64,000 nt of DNA. It comes from a virus (lineage: Duplodnaviria; Caudoviricetes). Shown here one piece after another: positions 37,598 to 47,080 of the stretch; the stretch's first letter is position 1; each line of letters begins with the position of its first letter. The translations under genes were made by a program, and so were the position numbers. Under the pieces are notes generated by a model. The model was not told where the DNA came from, did not search any database, and saw only the letters and a program-made list of their open reading frames with translations. The stretch covers positions 1-64,000 of IMG/VR virus record IMGVR_UViG_3300020050_009836. One strand, given 5' to 3'.

Positions 37598-39363
37598 TTA
37601 CCTTCACGCTCTTTCATGATGCGGTCACGAATCTTTTTACTCCAAGATGCGCCAGCGTCACCGCCCCACAAGTCCCATGCAACCCGTCCCTTGCTCGGAA
37701 AGCCATCTTGACCACTATTGAATCCAGTAGCCTGTTTATCAACTTCGTGTCGTGAGAAGAATGAATACATGCGAAGGACAGTGCTCTCGGACAGACTCTC
37801 GCCATTCACTAACTGGTTGGCACGTGTCAAACCAATTATTGTCCCACCGGACTTGCCTTCTTTTTTCCACTGAAGTGCACGTCTGGCAGCGGATTGCATG
37901 CCAGACGTTGGCTTATAACCTTCAGCCTTTACTTCTTCTAGTTCAACTTCTGTTGCTTTTTGTTCTGGCTGGGGCGTTGGAGGTGTGGTTGGCGGCTCCG
38001 GCTGTACCGGTGGTTCTGTTGGTGTTTCGGGTGGCGTTGCGTTTGCTTCGACGCCCACTCCAGTCTGAGAGTTGATGCCTTCATCTTCACTTCTTGCTAC
38101 CTCTCCAATCATCTTTCTGGCTTCAGCCTTATCGATGATTCCAGCAGCATACAGTGTTGTTGCTCTTGATACACGAAGCGATTCATCCTCTTGGAGTGCT
38201 GGTACTTCAGTATTGTCAAAAGCTACGATGTCATCTTCCTGCAAGTCAGTGTACTCAGGAATCATCGCCATGGTGATTTGAGCACATAGTTGTTCTTGCA
38301 GAGGAATCATTCCATCTTCCCATGCAGCACGACGTGCTTCAGCATAGTTAGAGTAAGTATTCCTCTCAAGTCCTGCACCAAGCCCCAGAACCATACAGTT
38401 CAATCCTAAGGCTGATGCAATTCTTTCTTCTGGTTTACGTCGTAGTTCATCAAGGCTTAATTCAGCCGGTGACATCGACATCCTACTGATGGAGTAAGGC
38501 GCAGTAGATACTGCAATACCACCTGCATTGTCTCCGCAGAAATCTTCTTGTAAACGCTTTTTGAGGACTCGTGCATCCTCTTCCATGATTTCAACCATCA
38601 TGTCACCAGAAGCTGGACCCACCATCAAGGACGGCATTGCGTTGTTCTTGAGAAGTGAATAACTGACAGTGGAACTCTGGTTGTCTGCGGCAACTTCTTT
38701 TAGGACGGATGCTATCGTTGAGCGACCAACACGGATATCCATCGGGTCACGTAAATACCGCCAATGAATGATGTCTTCAGATGCTATGTCGTACTGGACT
38801 CCATCCACCATGTAGATGTACTCTTTTACGATAAGTTCAGGCTCACCCTTTGGGGTAACCATGTCACACGGCAAGAACTGTAAGTAAACAACTTCACTAC
38901 GGCGACCACCCTTGCGAACTTTTCGTGCATAGGCATTGCCTTGCAATTTCAAGTCCTGCGTAATCCATCCATAGAATGTGTTCGCCGGTACTCCCGGTGA
39001 CGGATTTCTAAGAAGAGTCAGTAGTGGGTGTGTGTCGATAAGTTCAAACTTGTCAGATTTTGTATCCTGAACATTACGTTGAATTACCAACTTGCCTACA
39101 TTTAGATTTCGGATATACCAATCAAGCCCGATGGCAATAATAGAGTTGAGACCAAGGTCACCAGCCTCTTTTGCCCAATCAAGTTTGCTCGATGGTAGTT
39201 TGGTTGTGATGATGCTTTCAAGCCCACCGTTACCTGCACGTGCAACGGCACGGGTACGGTTTCGCGGCTGTGGAGCCTCAGCACTTGGGCGTAGAGTGAC
39301 TTTTACTTCATCTTTACCCGTTAGGGCTAACCAAGCGTCAGAGAACCTGCTTAACAAGCCCAT
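37594..39363 (-). CDS. portal protein with Pro-rich linker and C-terminal extra domain
   Basis: LLTLLRNP, LKLQGNAY, DIIHWRY.DP, G.STI, IASALGL, YSNYAEA; then PPETPTEPP linker and RMYSFFSRHE...AWDLWGG domain. Confidence 0.9.
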   Translation of the reverse strand: MGLLSRFSDAWLALTGKDEVKVTLRPSAEAPQPRNRTRAVARAGNGGLESIITTKLPSSKLDWAKEAGDLGLNSIIAIGLDWYIRNLNVGKLVIQRNVQDTKSDKFELIDTHPLLTLLRNPSPGVPANTFYGWITQDLKLQGNAYARKVRKGGRRSEVVYLQFLPCDMVTPKGEPELIVKEYIYMVDGVQYDIASEDIIHWRYLRDPMDIRVGRSTIASVLKEVAADNQSSTVSYSLLKNNAMPSLMVGPASGDMMVEIMEEDARVLKKRLQEDFCGDNAGGIAVSTAPYSISRMSMSPAELSLDELRRKPEERIASALGLNCMVLGLGAGLERNTYSNYAEARRAAWEDGMIPLQEQLCAQITMAMIPEYTDLQEDDIVAFDNTEVPALQEDESLRVSRATTLYAAGIIDKAEARKMIGEVARSEDEGINSQTGVGVEANATPPETPTEPPVQPEPPTTPPTPQPEQKATEVELEEVKAEGYKPTSGMQSAARRALQWKKEGKSGGTIIGLTRANQLVNGESLSESTVLRMYSFFSRHEVDKQATGFNSGQDGFPSKGRVAWDLWGGDAGASWSKKIRDRIMKEREGK

Positions 39364-39647
39364 CTATTGAATTCCTTCCGCATGAGTTCATCAGTCTTCA
39401 CCGAATTGAATTTGATACGACGAGAAGCATCACGCATTTTAACTATAATGGATTTCGCATCATCATCTGTCAACTCTACACAGTAACCACGATTACAGAA
39501 AAAAGCAAAGCGGACAAAAGTGACTTCCTTATCGTCCACTATGGCTCTTAGGTCATATCCAACTAAGGATTCATCACTAGACGTCATATTTTTGTTTTTA
39601 TCATTAGTGTCAACAGTACAGTTATTTAGATTGTACAATGCCATCAT
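39351..39647 (-). CDS. hypothetical protein
   Basis: ORF upstream of portal; likely start MTSSD at 39587. Confidence 0.5.
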   Translation of the reverse strand: MMALYNLNNCTVDTNDKNKNMTSSDESLVGYDLRAIVDDKEVTFVRFAFFCNRGYCVELTDDDAKSIIVKMRDASRRIKFNSVKTDELMRKEFNRWAC

Positions 39648-39921
39648 GCTCTATCAGACGTACCGAAGAAATATGCGTGGTCAAGGCTTCCATAAAATGC
39701 TTTATCACAAAGCCGACATATGCCACTACATGTGCATGTGTATCAACTGTGGAAAGACTGTCACCATAACTGTCAACGGCTTTGATGAAGTCTACGATGA
39801 CCCAAAGGTACTCAATGTACTCAAAGAAGTATGCCCTAAGACAAAAATTAAGGGTTGGACTCGAACACAACTAAAAGAAAAAGTAGAGTTGACAAAGTCC
39901 GTAGAATCAAGTAACATGTAG
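39520..39921 (+). CDS. hypothetical protein, Cys-containing (true start probably after 39640)
   Basis: CMCINCG motif; ends just before ORF 39924. Confidence 0.45.
   Translation: MTSLSSTMALRSYPTKDSSLDVIFLFLSLVSTVQLFRLYNAIMLYQTYRRNMRGQGFHKMLYHKADICHYMCMCINCGKTVTITVNGFDEVYDDPKVLNVLKEVCPKTKIKGWTRTQLKEKVELTKSVESSNM
39889..39917 (+). promoter_or_regulatory. sigma70-like promoter, leaderless start
   Basis: TTGACA-17-TAACAT-6 nt-ATG(39924). Confidence 0.7.
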
Positions 39922-39923
39922 TT

Positions 39924-40688
39924 ATGAACCCACGAGAAATGTCCGTCGCAATGTGGAAGGAAGTAATGTCTGACCTTTCACGCCTATCTGGTATCGAAAT
40001 GGATGAAATGGATGCAAAGGAATATACAAATGCCTTACGTCCATTACAGCAAGCAATTGTAAACCAAAAGCCTAGTGAACTGAAGCAGCCTATGACCAAC
40101 GAAAGTCCTGAGGTGTGGCGTTTACGATATTGGATACGCAACCAGAAGTTTCGCCCTAACTACGAAGAAGTAGCGAACAAGGTGCTTGATGTACTTGGGA
40201 TGCCACGTATCCACGGCGTACCGGGGCACATAATCGAAGCACAGAAGGTCTACAAGGCTGAACCCGTGCCTGTGTCGCATCAGTTAGGCGATAAGCAGTA
40301 CGACCTTTTTAGTTGGACTAACGAACTCAAGCCAAGTGGCGATGAGAACCGTGACGAAATAATTGCAAAGATGTTGACAACCGTTGAAGGTATCTATGGT
40401 TCCGGTGAAGCAGTAAATGTTGCCAAGTCGATTAATGCTAACAACATGCTAATCAAAGCCGAAGAGACTGAAATGCTTGAAAACATTGTCAACAAGATAC
40501 CGCAAGAAGAGCGTACAACTTGGATTAGACGTGCCGGTGGCATAGAAGGCAAGAAGCACTTTGTTGCTATCGGCGTTGCTAGGGAAGCGGTTTCCCTTTA
40601 TACAAAGTCAAAGCGTACTGCTAATGCGGAGCGTGGAATGCAAGTCTGGCGGGAGCGTTGGAATAAGCCAACAAAGGGAGGTTCATAA
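39924..40688 (+). CDS. hypothetical protein (254 aa, helical)
   Basis: Long ORF after promoter; TAATG coupling to next gene. Confidence 0.75.
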   Translation: MNPREMSVAMWKEVMSDLSRLSGIEMDEMDAKEYTNALRPLQQAIVNQKPSELKQPMTNESPEVWRLRYWIRNQKFRPNYEEVANKVLDVLGMPRIHGVPGHIIEAQKVYKAEPVPVSHQLGDKQYDLFSWTNELKPSGDENRDEIIAKMLTTVEGIYGSGEAVNVAKSINANNMLIKAEETEMLENIVNKIPQEERTTWIRRAGGIEGKKHFVAIGVAREAVSLYTKSKRTANAERGMQVWRERWNKPTKGGS

Positions 40689-41044
40689 TGTTTGAAAACG
40701 TAACACTTATCACATACGGATTAACAACCATCTCGGCAATCTTTGTCGGGATGGTTCTCGGCTATCAACTCAGATACATGGGTGAGCGTAAGTCAGATGA
40801 CATCGTGCCAGCGGGTACTAAGGTTCGATTCAAGACTAAACTCGGTCATTGGTCGTACGGCATCGTGCTTGAAGATTTCGTTGAAGAGAAGAATCAGTTC
40901 ATCGTTGTACGTGCTATTGAGTGGAAGATGAGCGAGACAAGTATGGAAGCCCATGAAGGTTACCGGGTCTTTCCTATCAAGTTGAAGGAAGGCGTGTATC
41001 TGCTTGGTACAGGTCCGTGGGTTGCAGACGATTACATTGATTAA
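40688..41044 (+). CDS. membrane-anchored protein with small beta-barrel-like domain
   Basis: N-terminal TM segment, then VPAGTKVRFKT..GHWSYGIV. Confidence 0.65.
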   Translation: MFENVTLITYGLTTISAIFVGMVLGYQLRYMGERKSDDIVPAGTKVRFKTKLGHWSYGIVLEDFVEEKNQFIVVRAIEWKMSETSMEAHEGYRVFPIKLKEGVYLLGTGPWVADDYID

Positions 41045-41633
41045 AAGGCTGACAGTTGCTTCTGAGGAAGTTGACGTACATTTACTTAAACAGCACCCAA
41101 GGAACGTCAATCAAGGCGACTTGGGTGCTGTCATTTCGTCCATAGAAACAAATGGCTTCTACGGTCGCCTGATAGTCAACAAGAGGAACAACTACGTCCT
41201 TGCTGGAAATCACCGGCTGATGGCTGCTAAGGCTCTCAAAATGGACACAGTGCCTGTTGAGTGGGTCGATGTAGATGAAGACTCGGAAGTCAGAATCCTA
41301 CTTGCTGACAATAGAACAACACGCCTTGGTCTGGACGACAACACGGCATTGACTGTACTGCTGGCTGAGTTGGCTAATACTGAAAAACAACTGGCCGGTA
41401 CTGGATATGACTACGAAGACTTGAACAACTTCATCAGTGACATCGCAAATGAAGAACTCAAACTAACTACTGACTCATATGAAAAGTTAGTTCCAAGGCT
41501 TGCCAATCAAGGCGAAACGTGGGAGTTAGGCGATTCACTGTTAGTTGTTGGTGAGAACGAAGAAGACTGTGACAAGTTGATTGTGACTTGGGAAAAACAA
41601 ACCAGAGGAAAGGCAGTTCTAAGAAATGGATGA
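41037..41633 (+). CDS. ParB-N protein with vestigial methyltransferase ends
   Basis: HPRNVN...VLAGNHRLMAA...LLADNRT; WELGDSLLVVG joined directly to CDKLIVTWEKQTRGKAVL. Confidence 0.75.
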   Translation: MIKRLTVASEEVDVHLLKQHPRNVNQGDLGAVISSIETNGFYGRLIVNKRNNYVLAGNHRLMAAKALKMDTVPVEWVDVDEDSEVRILLADNRTTRLGLDDNTALTVLLAELANTEKQLAGTGYDYEDLNNFISDIANEELKLTTDSYEKLVPRLANQGETWELGDSLLVVGENEEDCDKLIVTWEKQTRGKAVLRNG

Positions 41634-42204
41634 TGATGAACTAGTACCGATTGATTTATCGGTTCCTGAATCAAGAGACTCTATCAAGGAAGAATTATCT
41701 GCTCCACTTTTTGATGAGTACCACGCACGACGTCAAGCAGTGATGAGTTCGAAACGACCTGACGGCAAAGCCTATGGCGGAACTCCTCTATCAATTGACG
41801 ATACCAAGATGAAAGTTATCTTGGATGCAATCCTTGCCGGAGCATCGCACTCTGTAGCGGCTCAAGTCGCTGGTGTGCCTGTCAGGAGGCTCAAGGACTG
41901 GATAGTACGTGGTGAGAGTGGTGACATGGATGTCCCTACAGAACTCGTCGAATTTGCACGTCGTGTACGCATGGCTGAAAGCCGTGGTGAGTTAGGACTT
42001 ATTGTCCGTATACGTCGTGCTGCGGAAGAAAACTGGGGTGCCGCCGCTTGGCTACTAGAAAGACGACATAGCAAGCGTTGGGGCAAAAAAACTACTGTTG
42101 ATGTGAGGCAAATGACAGATGAGCAAATTACAAGACTCCTTACGGCAGAAGCTGATGGAGGAAGCGATACGGCGGGGATTGAGGATTCCGGGGACGACGA
42201 GTGA
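41626..42204 (+). CDS. terS: terminase small subunit-like HTH protein
   Basis: AAQVAGV..RRLKDWI HTH, AAAWLLERR...WGKK; directly upstream of terL. Confidence 0.7.
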   Translation: MDDDELVPIDLSVPESRDSIKEELSAPLFDEYHARRQAVMSSKRPDGKAYGGTPLSIDDTKMKVILDAILAGASHSVAAQVAGVPVRRLKDWIVRGESGDMDVPTELVEFARRVRMAESRGELGLIVRIRRAAEENWGAAAWLLERRHSKRWGKKTTVDVRQMTDEQITRLLTAEADGGSDTAGIEDSGDDE

Positions 42205-43570
42205 TATCTACAACCCTTATAGGGATGGTATTGAGAAAGGCTCGATGGAGTCTTTTCATGAGTATCTAAAACTTACACTCCCAAAGGGATGGACTGCTGA
42301 CCCAGCGCATATCAAGTTAATTGCTGAACACCTTGATGCAGTTGACCGTGGACAGATTGACCGACTGGCAATCTCAATGCCCCCTAGACATGGCAAAACC
42401 GAAACTACTACAGTTCGTTACGGGGCATATGCGTTTGAAAAGAATCCTAGGGACAACGTCCTTGTAACTGCATATAACGAACGTATCGCACGTAGGTTTA
42501 GTCGTAAGGCAAGAGTAATCGTTGAATCACGTCGCCAACTCATGACCAGTAGTCGTGCTGCTGATGAATGGGGAATGCCTGAAGGCGGCACCTTTATGAG
42601 TCGTGGTGTTGGTTCTCCACCTACCGGTGTAGGTTTCAAGAGAATCATCATCGATGACCCTATCAGGCGACGTGAAGACGCTGAAAGCATCAACCTGCGT
42701 GAAAAGGCTTGGGACTGGTTTACTGACGATATCTACACTCGTCTTGAACCCGGTGGAGCCATGATTATCGTTGCTACACGTTGGCATCATGATGACATCA
42801 CAAGCCGTGCCATTGAGTCCGAGCCAAACAAATGGGTTGTCCTAAAACTTCCGGCTATTGCGGAAGAGGCTGACCAACTAGGACGGCAACCGGGTGAGTC
42901 TCTGTGGCCTGAGCGTTATTCAGTTGAAGACTTGATGCGTATCAAAGCGGTCATGCTTCAAAACGAAGGAGAGTACGGCTGGCAAGCACTGTATCAGCAA
43001 TCTCCAACACAACGTTCGGGTGCGATGATTCGTCAAGACCGTATCTCTACTTTCCAAGAACTGCCTCTGTCAGTTGGAAGATTCCGCAGAGTTATCAGGG
43101 CTTGGGACTTGGCATCGACACGTGGTGCAGGTGACTATACGGTTGGAGTTAAGGGTGCTCTCGATAACATCGGACGCTTCTGGATACTCGATGTAGTCAT
43201 TGGTCAGTTCGATGTGGATGAGCGTGACAACATCATTTACAGGACTGCCGAGATGGATGGTAAAGATGTCACCATACGGCTCCCACAAGACCCAGCACAG
43301 GCAGGAAAGAGTCAGGCTAGATACTTACTCAGAATGCTTCACGGGTACCGTGTGAGCATCCAAAGTCCAACAGGCAATAAGACGTTGAGGGCTGAGCCAT
43401 TTGCGGCACAGGTAAACAACTTCAACGTCAATATGATAGCCGCCGCATGGAATCAACCTATGCTCGATGAGTTCAGGCAATTTCCTATGGGGCGGCATGA
43501 TGACATCGTTGATGCAACCGTAGATTGCTATGACGAATGTACGAAGAAGAGGACTATGTCTTTCGCCTAG
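42119..43570 (+). CDS. terL: terminase large subunit
   Basis: Walker A MPPRHGKT, Walker B IIIDDP, nuclease RAWDLA, QDPAQAGK, HDDIVDA. Confidence 0.95.
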   Translation: MSKLQDSLRQKLMEEAIRRGLRIPGTTSDIYNPYRDGIEKGSMESFHEYLKLTLPKGWTADPAHIKLIAEHLDAVDRGQIDRLAISMPPRHGKTETTTVRYGAYAFEKNPRDNVLVTAYNERIARRFSRKARVIVESRRQLMTSSRAADEWGMPEGGTFMSRGVGSPPTGVGFKRIIIDDPIRRREDAESINLREKAWDWFTDDIYTRLEPGGAMIIVATRWHHDDITSRAIESEPNKWVVLKLPAIAEEADQLGRQPGESLWPERYSVEDLMRIKAVMLQNEGEYGWQALYQQSPTQRSGAMIRQDRISTFQELPLSVGRFRRVIRAWDLASTRGAGDYTVGVKGALDNIGRFWILDVVIGQFDVDERDNIIYRTAEMDGKDVTIRLPQDPAQAGKSQARYLLRMLHGYRVSIQSPTGNKTLRAEPFAAQVNNFNVNMIAAAWNQPMLDEFRQFPMGRHDDIVDATVDCYDECTKKRTMSFA

Positions 43571-43776
43571 TAGGCGTTATTGGCTAGATACTGTCGCAAA
43601 GCATCTGCGCATGATTCTGCACCAATTACGGTGTCACGATTTGTGCGCAGGTTTGTGATTGTGACACTTTGACCTTTTTGATTCCAAGCCAGTCGTGCCT
43701 TCGCTGCGTAACCGTAAATCCCCTTGTCATCCAAATGACCCAACAGATTCATCTCTGTTATGTTTCCGATTTTCAT
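43567..43776 (-). CDS. hypothetical protein (69 aa)
   Basis: ATGA-coupled, last gene of minus-strand operon. Confidence 0.55.
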   Translation of the reverse strand: MKIGNITEMNLLGHLDDKGIYGYAAKARLAWNQKGQSVTITNLRTNRDTVIGAESCADALRQYLANNAY

Positions 43777-44348
43777 TCAATCTCCAAAAGTTGTCGTTCA
43801 CCTGAAGATGCGACATTTTCTTTTGGTGCATCAGCGGCTTGTTCCATCATATATTTTGCCATTGCGTCAATCTTGGCAATTGTGTTTGCATGTGCCTGAA
43901 TACGCTTGTTTTCGTGCTTCTTTGGAGTACTTATGCCACTTAGCCATTTGTTGAGCACAGCGAGTCTCCACGAGCCTACGTTGATAGGTTTTGACTTCTC
44001 TTCCTGTGCTTGCAGGTGACTACGCCAATGAGACCGTAAGGGGTTGGCATCACACTCGCTCAAGATAGACTCAACAGTTCCCAAGCACCGTTCTTGAGTA
44101 TCAAACGTAAGTCCAACTATCGTGAAGTAACCTTCTTCAAAATAGACTAGTCCAGCATCTATCAACTCATAGGAGTGCTCTTTTGAAACAACACATGTTT
44201 CTATTATCTGCACCATTCGTTGTTTAGATATCTTGCCGTTTGTTCGATTTGAACGTGACCAAGACTCAGAAGCAAGCAGTAGGTATCTTGCTTGCGGACT
44301 TAGTGTTTTCAGCCTGTCATCAGTGAACCAAGAATATTGCAATCTCAA
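43773..44348 (-). CDS. replication initiator/organiser-like protein
   Basis: WFTDDRLKTLSPQARYLLL...TNGKI...ELIDAGLV resembles N-termini of phage replication organisers. Confidence 0.5.
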   Translation of the reverse strand: MRLQYSWFTDDRLKTLSPQARYLLLASESWSRSNRTNGKISKQRMVQIIETCVVSKEHSYELIDAGLVYFEEGYFTIVGLTFDTQERCLGTVESILSECDANPLRSHWRSHLQAQEEKSKPINVGSWRLAVLNKWLSGISTPKKHENKRIQAHANTIAKIDAMAKYMMEQAADAPKENVASSGERQLLEIE

Positions 44349-44731
44349 TTTCGCTTCCCGCCATCATAAGACTTCGCCATACCGGTTTCCACCAAGTACT
44401 CGTTCAGCGTAGTCCCATCCTTCCCAATTACTTTTGCTAGGATACGCCCGTACTTATCAGGCTTATCGCTTATAGATTGGAATGTAACATAGGTGGTCGA
44501 TATTGTCAACTGCTTTTTTATTGTTGTGTTTTCTTTGAGCCAATTTTCAGTGGCATCTTTAGCAATTACTCCTTCAGGAGTTTTTATCTCAGGTGAGTCA
44601 AGTCCGTCTAGTCTGAGTTTTCTTTTTGCTAAAACAACACCAAAACCAAGGTCAATATCAACTTCCATTGTGTCGGCGTCAAGGATGCGTATCAGTTTTG
44701 CTTGATACGTGTACAGCGTCAAGTTGTCCAT
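44345..44731 (-). CDS. thermonuclease (SNase) family protein
   Basis: RILDADT..VDIDLGF, RLDGLDSPE, DKYGRILA, LVETGMA. Confidence 0.9.
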   Translation of the reverse strand: MDNLTLYTYQAKLIRILDADTMEVDIDLGFGVVLAKRKLRLDGLDSPEIKTPEGVIAKDATENWLKENTTIKKQLTISTTYVTFQSISDKPDKYGRILAKVIGKDGTTLNEYLVETGMAKSYDGGKRN

Positions 44732-45351
44732 TCAAGCGCCTTTGCAGTGACTGGGAAATGCTTTATGAAGATATCTTTGACTTGATGTGCAAGTTGTTCG
44801 TGTTCTCCTTGTGCATCTTTTCCACCACGTGCTTCTATGTAATGTATCCAAGAGCGGATGTTCCCATTTGCATAGATGTGTGTAGGTGAGCACATAGGTA
44901 AGACAGAGCGAGCACATTCCTTTGCTATGTTCTGGCTAAGCAACCATTCATAAACTTCCATCTGTTGCTTGAAGAGGTCTTCTATCTTCGCTTGTGCAAC
45001 TGCCTTTGCTTCTTCGTCTTCCCACGTGTTGCTTGCCTGACGGTTCTTCTCGTCTTGAAGCCGGAGGTCAGGAATCTCAATCTTTTCAGTGACTTGTGCG
45101 TAGCGTTGACTAAACTCTTGAATGCGTATCGAACTATGTCTTGCAAACTGTGCAGAGATATCTCGCCTTGTATGAATATCAAGGCACATATTACACATCT
45201 CAAAAATTGACCAATGCTTCTTTCGTATGCAGTAAGCAATAAGCTTGTCAGGAGGTGCGTTCTGGTTCTGCGGATTTGACACTCGTGCCATTTTTGCAAT
45301 CTTGAACTCAGCATCTGGTGTTATCCAGACAAGGCTTACGGTTGAACTCAT
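44719..45351 (-). CDS. thyX: flavin-dependent thymidylate synthase
   Basis: HWSIFE, RHSSIRIQEFSQRY, KECARSVLP, RSWIHYIEAR, AQGEH. Confidence 0.9.
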   Translation of the reverse strand: MSSTVSLVWITPDAEFKIAKMARVSNPQNQNAPPDKLIAYCIRKKHWSIFEMCNMCLDIHTRRDISAQFARHSSIRIQEFSQRYAQVTEKIEIPDLRLQDEKNRQASNTWEDEEAKAVAQAKIEDLFKQQMEVYEWLLSQNIAKECARSVLPMCSPTHIYANGNIRSWIHYIEARGGKDAQGEHEQLAHQVKDIFIKHFPVTAKALEWTT

Positions 45352-45572
45352 GTTGAAAGTAATTTCCTATAAACGTTTGTAACTACAGCCTCTTTTTGTT
45401 GTGGGCATAATTCAACCCACTCGACGCCATACATTACAAAAGCTTCTCTCCAGCACAAGATGAACTCTCGTTCTTCTGCTGTAATTTGAGTAGTGACTAT
45501 ATCGTAATCACTCTTCTTGTCTTCAATGCGTGTTGTCCAAAGTGCATTGAATTCTAGTTCTGTGAGAATCAT
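45348..45572 (-). CDS. hypothetical protein (74 aa)
   Basis: Coupled on both sides within operon. Confidence 0.6.
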   Translation of the reverse strand: MILTELEFNALWTTRIEDKKSDYDIVTTQITAEEREFILCWREAFVMYGVEWVELCPQQKEAVVTNVYRKLLST

Positions 45573-46051
45573 TATTCCTCTGCTTCAAATGGCGAGATAT
45601 TCAAGTCCAGATAATCACAAATACGCTTGGCTGCGTCATGCCACGAGTAGCAGACAGCCCAAGCGTATTCGGCTCCCTCATAAGAGAGTGTTTCTTTGAA
45701 TTCTTTTTGATGTGGTGTTAGCCGATTCTTATCAGCCTTCATCTCTATCCACATGCCAAGGTAGACAAGTTCTCCGTCTACAAACTTTGGACACGCAATA
45801 AAGATATCCCAGACACCTGCCTTTTGACCTTCCCTCTTCATATTGACAGCAGTAGTTTTAGTGCGGTAACCGCCATTCGGTATAGCAAAGATACACCTTA
45901 ACTTTGAATGGCGGTATTCATTTACCTTTATCCAGTTGAACAGATTAACCTGTTCCTGATGCTCAGGATTCTGTCGTTTGGATTTTACGGGGACGACCCC
46001 TAGGTCGCCCAGTAGGGATGTAAGCCGCTTTCTTCTCAGGTCGCTCATTGA
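45572..46051 (-). CDS. VRR-NUC nuclease (Holliday junction resolvase-like)
   Basis: EHQEQ..LFNW, FAIPNGG, GQKAGVWDI, WIEMK, LTPHQ; start moved to MSDLRR. Confidence 0.85.
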   Translation of the reverse strand, partial: SMSDLRRKRLTSLLGDLGVVPVKSKRQNPEHQEQVNLFNWIKVNEYRHSKLRCIFAIPNGGYRTKTTAVNMKREGQKAGVWDIFIACPKFVDGELVYLGMWIEMKADKNRLTPHQKEFKETLSYEGAEYAWAVCYSWHDAAKRICDYLDLNISPFEAEE

Positions 46052-46340
46052 CAGCCTCTTGCCACATGTTACGTTCACTCATGAATCGCTGTAGCGACTC
46101 AGTTGTCACATAAGTGTATCTGTCTTTTCCCTCTGACTTTACAAACTCAAGGCGACCTTTTCCGTTTAGCACATAGATTCGTGCACGGCTAATTCCAAGG
46201 ATTTCTTCGGCAAGAGGCATAGGGACTCCACCAAGAGCACGTCCCTGTTCAATGCGAGTGTCACCCTGCAACTTCATACGTGTCAAGGCAGTTTCGATAG
46301 CCTGTTCCACGAGTTCATCTGTAAAAATATTACTTGGCAT
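45963..46340 (-). CDS. HTH DNA-binding protein (excisionase-like) with C-terminal AT-hook
   Basis: AEEILGISRARIYVL...GRL HTH; GRPRGRPRK. Confidence 0.7.
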   Translation of the reverse strand: MPSNIFTDELVEQAIETALTRMKLQGDTRIEQGRALGGVPMPLAEEILGISRARIYVLNGKGRLEFVKSEGKDRYTYVTTESLQRFMSERNMWQEAVNERPEKKAAYIPTGRPRGRPRKIQTTES

Positions 46341-46920
46341 TTACTGCTTCCTTTCGGTCAATCAACATCGCTTCTAATCCAATAATGGCTGTCTGCCATC
46401 CATTTGGACTTACGTCTTTTGAGCCGACAATCTTCTCGTACAACTCAGCACGTTCTTTTGTTGAGTGATTTACCCCTAGGTACTCTCTAGCCAAGTCACC
46501 AAAAACCTTTGAAGGTGTCGGAGCAGAAGAGTCTTGTACCTTCGGCTTAGGCTGGTTGATAGGTGCATCAACGATACGTGGATTTGGCGAGTTGGAGTCA
46601 ACTTCATCAAATTCCGGTGCAAATTGCGTCCCGTATCCCAAGATTCCCAAAGCTCGACCAATAGAACCAGTCTCTGCTTTTTCCATAAAGTCAGCAAAGC
46701 CACGAGCGTCTTCCATCTTAGTGCCTTCGGCAACGATTACACCATTCTCGTTGGAGATGATTGCTTTGAAAACAGCATACTTCTGCTCTAAGTTCAAGTC
46801 TACAATCTGTGTACGGATGCTCCAATCTGGATGCTCCTGACGAAACCAAACTAAACGCCACTTGACTTCTAAGTAAGCCTTACCCTTCAGGTTCATTAGG
46901 TGGTCATTTGGATTAAACAT
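46330..46920 (-). CDS. single-strand annealing protein (Rad52/Sak-like)
   Basis: KGKAYLEVKWRLVWFR..HP...AVFKAII...EKAETGSIGRALGILG; GAGGGGGAG RBS. Confidence 0.7.
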   Translation of the reverse strand: MFNPNDHLMNLKGKAYLEVKWRLVWFRQEHPDWSIRTQIVDLNLEQKYAVFKAIISNENGVIVAEGTKMEDARGFADFMEKAETGSIGRALGILGYGTQFAPEFDEVDSNSPNPRIVDAPINQPKPKVQDSSAPTPSKVFGDLAREYLGVNHSTKERAELYEKIVGSKDVSPNGWQTAIIGLEAMLIDRKEAVNAK

Positions 46921-46948
46921 ATCTTCTCCCCCTCATTTGAGTTGACGT

Positions 46949-46977
46949 ATGGTATCTGGTATACGCCCGTTTGTCAA
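46949..46977 (-). promoter_or_regulatory. sigma70-like promoter
   Basis: Minus strand TTGACA(46977-46972)-17-TACCAT. Confidence 0.65.
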
Positions 46978-47080
46978 GTGTACAAACATTTTGTTTTTTA
47001 TCAAGAGAAGAACAACAAAATGGCTATGATTCCCAAAAACCTGTGGTATACGCACGTACCCGTACGCATGCGCCTACGGA

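Noticed and set aside
42119-43570. Intein or intron in terminase
   Set aside because: Length (about 480 aa) and motif spacing are normal; no insertion seen.
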